NCBI RefSeq assembly: GCF_036321535.1
Contig: NC_087436.1
Coordinates: 55,244,001 to 55,308,000 of the forward strand
DNA length: 64,000 nt
Source: Camelus dromedarius
Taxonomy: Eukaryota
Reading direction: 5' to 3'
Position 1 is the stretch's first letter, and each line of letters begins with the position of its first letter. A model generated the notes under the pieces. It worked only from the letters and a program-made list of their open reading frames with translations, was not told where the DNA came from and did no database searches. Below are positions 54,467-64,000 of this stretch, piece by piece. Both the position numbers and the translations under genes were made by a program.

Positions 54467-56604
54467 TGTGAATGTCTGTGTTATTGTTCAGGAAATGGTG
54501 ACTGCATTCCCTGCCCCACTGTAGGCAGTCTCTTTGCATACCTCATTGATTTTGGATTTTCCACGTGACAAAAGCTTTGGCCACTGAAGGCAGAACATGA
54601 ATACCAAATGTAAGTCTTAAGATGATCAAGTGTTTCTCTGCAACTGTCTGGAAACTTTTGACCTCCACTATGAAGATCATATCCCCACATAGCTTCTGCC
54701 CCTCTGGCCTGAGCCTCTGAGTAAAATGGATGTAGCAGAATTCCCCAACCAACCTGAATGCCTGTGAAAATAAATGGTTTTTGAATAAGTGAAAATTCTC
54801 ACTGAGAATAAATAGTTATTGTATATCACTGAATTTTGGGATGGTTTGTTATGTAACAATAGTGGAGTAAATAAATTAACTGGTAGCTAGGGTGGCGATG
54901 ACTCAGAATGTTAGCAATTGGTCACAATGACTTTGAGACTAACAGATAACAAGGAAACTCTTATCAGAGGCTGGATAATAGTGAGCCGTGGTATGTAATG
55001 GGAAAAATATTTGATAAAAACATTTGCTTCTGGTAACTTAGAAGATAGAACAAATACCTAATGAAACTATAGTATTGGGCAAGAAAGTTTTGAGTAGCAC
55101 AAGATAGATGCTACTAGATGCATTTGGTAAGATACTCCAGGGAGGGGGAAAAAAAAGACTCCAGAAAACAACTGGGCAGTTTGAAATCAGAACTTGGAAG
55201 GAATATAGAGAAATGAGAAATTGCAGGGTTAAAATTGTAGGTATAACCATTACAACAAAGCTTCAGGAAAAAGACAAAAATCCAGAGCACTACATAAGAC
55301 TGTAAATACCTTTTGTTAAGATCTCTAAGTGAATTAAAGTGGCCTCTAGTTCATTTACCAAGCTGGACAAAGAGCCACTGGAAAGCACAAAGGTGTGGTC
55401 CTACAGAAGCTTGATAAGTAAAAACAACTATAATTATGTCTGAAGAAAAAAAGCGGCATGCCCAAACAAACAAACAGCAGCAAAAATCCAAACTCTTGTG
55501 GCTCTGCCTTTTGGCTGTTGGAGTTCACTGGCATCAAACACATCAGAAATCCACAGCTTACAGAAACCTACGTTAACAAAGTCACTACCAGCCTGAACAA
55601 ATGAGACAATCTATTTCAATGTAAAAGTTCCTGAGAGCCACCAGCTTTGTACAGACAAGAATCAGTCTGAGAAAGCTGTTTATTCACCAAGCACTACTGC
55701 TTCAAAAGTAGCTGAGGAGGATTAAAGATAAAGGAGGAGCTCCCAGAGGGTAACACCAAGTGTGGTGGGGATCAGTGGAGAATGGGTTGCCACTTTGGGG
55801 GAGCAAATTTGGAATTAAATCAAGGATAGGGGCCTCTGGCAATGTTTATCCTGCAGGAGTTTAGAATTCATGTGGACTGTTAACTATTAATCCTGTCTCT
55901 TACACTTCTCCCTGTGGAATGAAAATATTTATTGTGGATATCCTTGTTTGTTTCACCATCGTAGGTTAGGTGAGTGGAGAGTAAATGGTTTGCCTCTTTG
56001 GTTCATAAATATTCAGATCAAGAGGGTTTGCAGCTGGACAGAATGCAGATGATAAGATTCTTGTCTTAAAATCTGATACCTTTGTAACAGTTAAGACTAT
56101 CAGTAGTCTTAGGAGTACCTGTGTTTTGCATGCAAGAGGGCATATTTCAAAAGAATATTCTTTAGAATATTTCTAAAGAAGAGGGTAAACTCTAATAGAT
56201 GATTATTCATCAAATAGTCACTTCCCACTACTTCCCACTATGGGTGCAGTATTCTTCTAAGCTCATTGATTTTACATTTGAACATGAGGCCTGAAATGGC
56301 AATGGAAATAACAGAATAGACCTTAAGACACATCACACTTTTTGTGAGCTCTCCTGGAGTTTTTGACCTCTGTGATGAGGAAAACCGTGGCACTGGTAAC
56401 CCCTGCACCGCTAGGCTACACATATGGGATAGAGTAGTCCCAGCTGACCTATACATAAGCAGACTAAAGTAAAGCCATTCCAATTAATCTTTAAGAGCCA
56501 CTCTAGCTGAACTATAGACCTATGAGCATGAGAATAAATATCCATCACTGTCAGCCACTGTGTTTTGGGGGTGTTTTGTTATGCTGCAATAGCTGACCAA
56601 TACA
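54467..56604 (+). mobile_element. Full-length MLT1H-like MaLR (LTR-int-LTR) with exact 5-bp TSD, nested in L2
   Basis: 5' LTR ~54467-54870; internal ~54871-56190; PPT aaagaagagggtaaac ~56175-56190; 3' LTR to ...tagctgaccaataca; GGCAG at 54462-66 and 56605-09; L2-like sequence on both sides. Confidence 0.9.
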
Positions 56605-57545
56605 GGCAGGAAACTTAGTTCTGTGAGAAATAAAAGACAAGGATATCTGCTGAAAGTAGTAGGAAAAACAGTGTGATAAGGACCATGACTGGATTATTGA
56701 ATTGTTTTAAAAGTGGTTATGGAAAATGGCAGAGAAATAAGAAACCATATAGAAAAAGAATCTAGGGCAATGTTGGAAACAAATTTTCTTCTTTCTTTTT
56801 GCCCAAAGTGAAAGAGGTCTTCCACCTGCTTGTCAGCTTACAAAATGACTTCTCCTTTTACCCTATGTTCTCCTTCCCTTTCAGAGACCTCATGTACTTT
56901 TGTATTTCTTTACTCTTATAGACCTTCAAACTATCCCTCTCATAATTACAAGCTTAATTAAATTTCCTTTAAAAATTAAAACAATCTATGAATATATGTA
57001 TACACAGCAATAGGAACACAAAAAAGTATTGTTACCCTTTTAAGGCAATCATAGATTACAAATAGTGTAATATCAAAAGATTTTCAAAAGAGTGGAATAT
57101 ATCCTTAAAATTTTGAACAAAGACACCTACAATTTTTGTAAAACCAACTTTTTAAAAATGTCATTGTCATGATAAAAGATGATAGGTGTGTCACTCACTA
57201 GCAGATTCATCGGTATTTATGAACCACCTCACATTTTTTAAATCTCAATTTCCCACAAAAATCTCACAATAAACCTATTAGTATGTTAGTGTTACTGCCC
57301 TTATCTTAAATTACAGCCTGTCAAGGTGATGGACAATATTAAATTCAAAAGTAAAATTCATCAGTCTCTTACATTTCCACTTCTCCATTTCTAAGTAATA
57401 CTTGGTGGTTTGCATGCTACTCCAATCACTTTAATAAAAGTTGAAGATTCCTAAACTCTGTCTAATCACTAAACTTCCCATTGCCTGACTCCATTCATCT
57501 AGAAGTCTGTATAGCATTAGACACTGTTGACATCTATTTCCTCTT

Positions 57546-57659
57546 TTTTATTTCTTGTTTTTTCTTGTCTTTTCTTTTTCTTTTTTTTTTTTTTTTTGAT
57601 TAAAATGTAGCAGAGGGAACTCTACTCAATATCTTGTAGTAACCTATAATGAAAAAGAG
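57546..57659 (-). mobile_element. Very short L1 insertion with 5' inversion
   Basis: T-rich tail 57546-57598, then a sense-oriented L1 3'UTR piece (tagcagagggaactctactcaatatcttgtagtaacctataatgaaaaaga); TSD tatttcctctt at 57535-45 and 57660-70. Confidence 0.85.
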
Positions 57660-60600
57660 TATTTCCTCTTGCAGTTGTTCCTCATTGGCTTCCATGACCT
57701 TATATTGTTCAAGGCATCTATTTATCAATTCTATATAATTTATTCTATTTCCAAGTACTCATCATGTCCTCATTCTTTAAGTTGATCCTATGGGTTTTTA
57801 TTTTCCTTCTCATATACTTCTCTCTCTAAATTCCTTATCATGGCAGTCCGTACACTTACATGGTTCTGATGCCTAAAACTATAGCTGCATTTCTGAGTTT
57901 TCCTTCCTTCCTACACTTCAGCTCGTCTCCTCATATTCTCAACTGTAGCTATTGCTTATTTATGATTTCATGAAATAATATTTTGTGCATTGTTTTCTGC
58001 TTCTGTTGAAATCTTATATCCTTTAAAACACTATATAAATTTATTAAGGGTAAATATATATTCTTCATGTTCTAATCCCCTTTGAACCTATTGTAGTGTT
58101 TGGATATAAATGATCAGTAAACATATTTATATTCACTAATGCATAATACATTTTATAAAAGCCCCAGTGAGGCAATTTAGGGCCTGGACTGCCTCTTAAG
58201 TTCCCTTGAGATCACTATTATCTTAATTCAAGACAAATAAATTTGCTTTTAATGATGTCTCTGATGAACCAAGAGAAATTTAAATATTAAGTTTACTTAG
58301 TCAAGAAAGTAGAATATACAGAAAATAAGTCAGTCTGAATTGTTCAATCAAGCTAAGTTTTGATCTTAAAAAGATAAACATATGACCTTGAATGTTTATT
58401 TGTTTTAGATACTTTCAAAGATGGACTCATATAATGCTACACTAAAAGCACAATTTACCAAGTAGCTTCCAGTCTGTTCCACTTGCAGAGTTGTCAGTAT
58501 CTCATTATCATAGATCTTTCTTGACTATTGAACAATTTCACAGCTTTTTCTCTAGGTATTTTGCTGAGGTCTATTCACAATAATATGTGTCATTTATTCT
58601 GAAGGAAAGTAAAGCAACAAGGATGCATTGTTTTCTAACCAAACACATCTTCCATATCATTTGTTTATTTTGGACTGACTCCTCAGACTAAAATTAATAT
58701 GCTGATGTAACACATCTTTTGGAGTTCTAATGGTATTTCTAAGATACATTATTTGTTGAAGAATTAAAAATACTAGATAGTTGAAAATTTTAATATAGTT
58801 AATAAATTTAAAAATAAACCTACATATTAGGGAAGCTATATCCTTGAAGAGTGTGAAGCAATTTCACAACATCCCCAAGTGGATAGAGAGAATTATTTTC
58901 ACCCTTTTTTTTATTGCTACAAAGTCAAAACAAGGTAAAACAAGGTACAAGGCATTAAATTTTACCCTGATCTATTCCCCACTTCAGTTACAGTGAAAAT
59001 TGTCATTTATTTGCAATGTTAACTTTCTAACATTACCGAGAAAAATAGAATAATTTTGTAAATTTTAAAATGTAAATTTTAAGTTTAAGCTTTTTTATTT
59101 TAATTTAAATTTTGTTTAAATTTTAAAATGCACTTGTTTCCTAATAAATGTCCATTTAATTACTAAAATTCTTTTTTCTCAGTTTGTCTAAGTTGCCAAA
59201 GATTTTTCACTTCTAGAGAGGAATATTTGATAAATTTGTGCTATAATATTTAACTGAAAGAAAGAGGCTTAGAGTGATTGTAACAGGACTTTCTCTCCTA
59301 TGATGTGTTATGTGCAGCCTCGTTTGTATAACTTGTTCCAAGACATCACACAATTGCCCAATCGCCTGTTTTCTAATTTTCATACCTAATAAACTCCAGT
59401 TAACTTTTCATTTTATTAAGGATCTGAAATTAGGAAAACCCTGCTTTAACATGAAAAGATACAGTAAAAGACTTTTAAATACCAATTTTGATTTTTCTAT
59501 TTTATTCTTCTGTGATGATATTTAAAATTGATGATAATAGTTATATAAAATAAAAATTAGTTGTTTTTAATTTGATTCATTTGCCTTTTAAAAAATATTA
59601 GATGGGCTCTTATTCCTTAAAGAGAAATTCTTGATTTTCTAACCTTTCCTGAGGGGCTGAAATGAAAATATATCATTAATTAGGAACGTAGAGTATGGGG
59701 CCTCCAGAAGTAATTATTTAAATCTGCCTGTTGTAACTTAGCATTCTCCTTTAAATCATCTTTAAAAGACTATTGGGCATGGGAGGGGTGGTTATAAAAC
59801 AATTATGTGAGACACAGAAGCTTCCAAATGTAGATCTCAATGATCGAATATAGCAATGTTCATTCTGAAGTATCTCCCTACTTTACAGATGCCTTAACAT
59901 TGTTGGCCAAATAATGACCCTTTGTTCAATAACAACATGCGGAAGCTTTCTCTCTGGGTCATCGTAAGAGTGAGCATCATTCTTGTCCTCCTAAGTGACT
60001 TTAACCATTATAATGATAGCTTATTGCCTTTCCTTCCAATATATCATATCATTATTGATATTAGGAGACTGAATTTTAATAATATTTGCCTAACTACAGC
60101 CATTTCTTACATCATTTTTTAGCTTCAAAATCACATTTCAGTGAATAGCATCTACTTCTTAGTATTCATTTACCTTAGTTTCATTTACCTTGTTTTATTC
60201 AACTTTTCTTTATAGATTGTGAGGACTAGCGCGCTGTTCCCTGTTTCTCAATTTTGGTAGCCATCCACTTCTAGGAAGTGGAAGTTTTGTAAAGATTGCT
60301 TAGACTTAATTCCTTCTCAGTGCTCAAATTCATGGACAGGTGTGACAGCCAAGTCCTTGAACCTGGTCTAAGGAGGACAATCTGTTTATGATACATTGAC
60401 ATGGCAACGGTTACCGTCAACATTCAGCTTCTTTGTTTTCATCATCACACCTTATTTTTGCCCTTTACTGTGTAGCATGCAGCCCATCCTATGTGGCAGG
60501 TTTTTTATACTGTATTTCTTGACCCTCTCCTGATACCCATGGCCATGTGGAAATGTTGCTGCCAGCCTAGTAATTATCTTTCTGTAGCAAGATTATTGAT

Positions 60601-60889
60601 GTTTATAACATTTGAACATGTCAAAGGTTAACCCAAAATATAGATCCAATAATGGTAATAGTTTACAGATACTATGGTTTAGCATCATGACACTTTTCTA
60701 TGAATGACAAATATTATAGCAGAAAGCCTTTGAGCTTAGCATATCCTAGGTGGGAAATGGACATTTCTTTCTATCATTATTCATTAGTAAAGAAAACCAA
60801 AGAGGTTAGTGCTTTTTGTTTGTTTGTGGGTGTATTTTTTGTTTTATTGGGGTTTTTGTTGTTGCTGTTGTTGTTTTGTAATCAATTCC

Positions 60890-61105
60890 CAGTCCTTAGG
60901 TTTCAAGTGTCACTCTAGTGCTTGGTAGCTGAAAGTTATCAGAAAAGTTACTTAACCTATATTGCCTTAGTTTTCTCACCTATAAAATAGGGATAATGAA
61001 GCTACTTACTTAAGGGATATTTAAGAATTCAGTGGGATGGTACATAGGAATTGCTCAGGATACTACCTGTCACAGCTCCATTAACCAGTAATAGCTATTA
61101 TTATA
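60890..61105 (+). mobile_element. MIR SINE
   Basis: aagttacttaacct...gccttagttttctcacctataaaatagggataat. Confidence 0.85.
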
Positions 61106-61118
61106 TAATAAAGTGATT

Positions 61119-61160
61119 TTGATACATAAGATATTTAATATTGATACATAAGATATTTAA
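61119..61160. repeat. 20-bp perfect direct duplication (period 22)
   Basis: ttgatacataagatatttaa at 61119-61138 and 61141-61160. Confidence 0.95.
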
Positions 61161-61349
61161 AATGATCTGTAGTGATCAGGTCAGTAACACCAGCCAGTAT
61201 AATTTGTTTCTTAGTACATCTTAAATGAGTAGGAAAGTTGAATAGAGTAAAGTGTTATATGGTTGGAGACTAATTTTTAAAAAATTTTCTCCTTGTCAAT
61301 GTTGAAAATTAAAATCTTGCTCTATAACACTCAATAATAAAGAACATTA

Positions 61350-61415
61350 AATTTGACATAACATTGTAAAATGATTATAAATCAATAAAAATGTTAAAAA
61401 AACAAAAAATAAAAA
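61350..61415 (+). mobile_element. 66-bp young L1 3' tip with poly(A)
   Basis: ttgacataacattgtaaaatgattataaatcaataaaaatgtt + A-tail; 14-bp TSD aataaagaacatta at 61336-49 and 61416-29. Confidence 0.85.
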
Positions 61416-61529
61416 AATAAAGAACATTAGAAAATAATATTTTTTTTAAAATGACACATTAGATGATCAGAATTCAGACACTGTTCCTAGTTTTGCTGTT
61501 ACTGGCCAAGTTAGTTTGAACAAATTGAA

Positions 61530-62885
61530 GCTCCGCTTGCGTTATGACTCAGATCTGAACAAACTGACCTTCCCTCAGATAACAATTGTATACTCTGCAC
61601 AAAATACAACTACCTGGAGGCTCTGAAAAAGGGATAAAAGCAGAATGATTCTGGAGAGGCTTTGAAGTTTGGAAGAATGGACCAACATAGGGAAGTTACT
61701 CATTTAGGGGCAGTAAATAACAGCTTTTTAGTAATATATTGATAACAGTGACATTTTATTTTTATGTGGTCCCACCTCCCCTCCCCAGACAATGCCATTG
61801 AAGCTAGTTTGCAGGGGAAATATCTACATAAGAGCAAAACATAAAACACCCTAGCTGAGACTCCATGCTGGGCTCCTTGCTTTTGAAGTGTTCTTTTCTT
61901 TATGATGGTCCCTGATACTGTATACAGCAGTACAATAATGTGCTCATTTGATCAGCAAGGTATGAAAACCCGAAGTGAGACTCCATTTTGGGGCCTCTGC
62001 TTTGCACATGTGTTAGGGGTACACGAATTCTTACAGAAAGATTGTGTCCCTACAGAGGGAGGAGAGTTGGTGCTCCCACATGACTCTCCAGAATTTGGAT
62101 TCTTTGCTACTGAGGCAGCCTTTGGCTTTGGTGCATTTCCTTACTTTAGTGGAGTTACCTGGTCCTAAAATGAACTGTAGATTTGTCAGCATCATCATGT
62201 TGGGGCTTATGAGTTGTTTTAGACACTGAAGTTTATTTCACTGCAACCGTTATTGCAAAAACGAATATTGTTTTTGGCCTGATGAATTGGAAAACAGTTT
62301 GAAGGATCCACAGTCTCTTGAAGTTGAGGAGAGAATCCAATTCTGTATATAAACTTGTCTATATCCCTGCTGATTCCTGAACCACACATGTGTGGGGCAG
62401 ACAGCAAAGAGTACACCTTACAGAAATAAAGAATTGAACTGAGGTTTGAATTGCTGCATGAGTACTTGGCAGTTTAAATCTAACCAAGTTAAATACCTAA
62501 TAAAACAATAACAACTACAAAAATTAGTGTTATTCAAAGGAAAACAACAGAATTCTTACATGGAGTCTCCACAGTATAAGATCACAGTGAACAGGACACA
62601 ATACAACATAACACTCTATTTTGTTCTACGGACAAAGAATCAGAAAAAAAGTGACCTATTTTTCAAAAGAAAAAAAAGATCATTGTAGGCCTACCTCCAG
62701 ATGACCTAGATGTTGAAATTAGCAAACAAGGTCTTTTAAGCAGCTATTACAGCAATGCTCATGAGGCAGAGAAAAATGTACCTGCAATGAATGAAAAATA
62801 AGATAGGAGATATCAGCAGAAAAAGAGAAACTATATTAAAAATCTAACTGAAGTAACAGAACTGAAAAAACATATTTGAAATAAT
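61530..62885 (+). mobile_element. Old L1M 5'UTR/ORF1 remnant, interrupted at ~61725-62325
   Basis: caaaatacaactacctggaggctctga; aattctgtatataaact...cctgaaccacacatgtg; gatgacctagatgttgaaattagcaaacaagg...agcagctatta. Confidence 0.75.
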
Positions 62886-64000
62886 TTGTACAAGTTTCTC
62901 TGCTCTTGTTTTTTTCTATATAAAATGAGGAACACTGTAAAATCTATGATCTACCTTACAATCTTGTTGCACATTGTAAAGTTCTAATAGCTTACACAAA
63001 AAGCACATTTAACTTATAGAAATAACCATAAGCAAATAATAGTTACTGGGAAATAACTAGCATCATATTAATAGTCTACCTTAAAGTATATCCACTTAGT
63101 TTGAAAATCCACATCTTATTTAAGAACTACAATTTGGTGAAATATGTATTTATATATCATATATATGTATATATATATACACACAGTATTTTAAAGTAAA
63201 GAACTAGGGAGCTAACAAGGTGTAATATGAATACATTTTTATCTACCTGTGTAGTTCAAATAAATTATATTAGCACTGATGACTGTACTAAGTAAAGAAT
63301 ATAGTGACTAGAAACAAACAGCAGTTTTACTAGTGAATCACAAGGCCTTGCAATGTGATCAATCTTTATTTTTTAAACAATTTATAAAATTACATATTTT
63401 TATAACTGATCTAATAAACACAAACAATCTGTGGACTTCTTTCTTATGTTACTAAAATGGATCCTAGTCTCCGCAGTACATTGACTTCACTTGTGTTTAA
63501 ATCAGTGGTCTCATTTACAACAGAAGCCGACTTTGAGGATTGTTTGATTTCTCTACTACAGAGGTCTGCAAATCCTCATGGGCTATAAAGACATGATGAA
63601 CCACAAGGGAGTGCTTCAGGTAACATATATCATGCAGTGTAAATATGCATAACAATCAGAGAATTTCTGTCATTTAAAAAACCCAGTTGCCCTAATGTTT
63701 TCACATCACAGTTTGATCACCATATTGTCATAGATGTTACCTTCCTAAAAGTCACAACAAAGCATCATATTTTACTCCCAGCAAGTCTGATTATGTATTT
63801 GTGGCATTTAATCTTCTAATTTAGTCTATTTCTCATGTTAAAACTAGAGTCAATTTAATCATCATTTTATAAGGCAAATATCCCAAATTTTGTCATTAAA
63901 AATAGGAAAATGAAATATAGGCAGTATAATCCTGCTTAAATGTTTCAGGTGAGGATTTGCTTTTGCCAAAAAAACATTTTTAAATGCATATTTGTATGTA

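Overview
AT-rich, CpG-depleted placental-mammal genomic DNA, either intergenic or deep intronic. I see no protein-coding gene, tRNA/rRNA gene, CpG island or prokaryote-type system. The ORF-track hits are chance ORFs or antisense/microsatellite read-throughs. A large part of the window is decayed interspersed repeat: MaLR/ERVL/ERV1 LTRs, L1, L2, MIR and DNA-transposon MITEs. Young L1 3' ends of cetartiodactyl type, with no Alu, B1/B2, Bov-tA/BovB, PRE1, SINEC, ERE or CHR SINE that I could recognise, point to a camelid genome (inference). Best-supported structures: (1) three LTR-internal-LTR retroelement remnants, two with exact 5-bp TSDs; (2) an ERVL pol remnant with a 3' LTR16-like LTR; (3) a 114-bp 5'-inverted L1 insertion and a 66-bp L1 insertion, both with exact TSDs; (4) a fold-back palindrome inside an L1; (5) a ~600-bp candidate retrocopy inside an old L1; (6) a few candidate small exons and enhancer-like motif clusters. 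I cannot support a claim of a new biological system. Repeat family names come from recalled consensus similarity and need RepeatMasker/Dfam confirmation.
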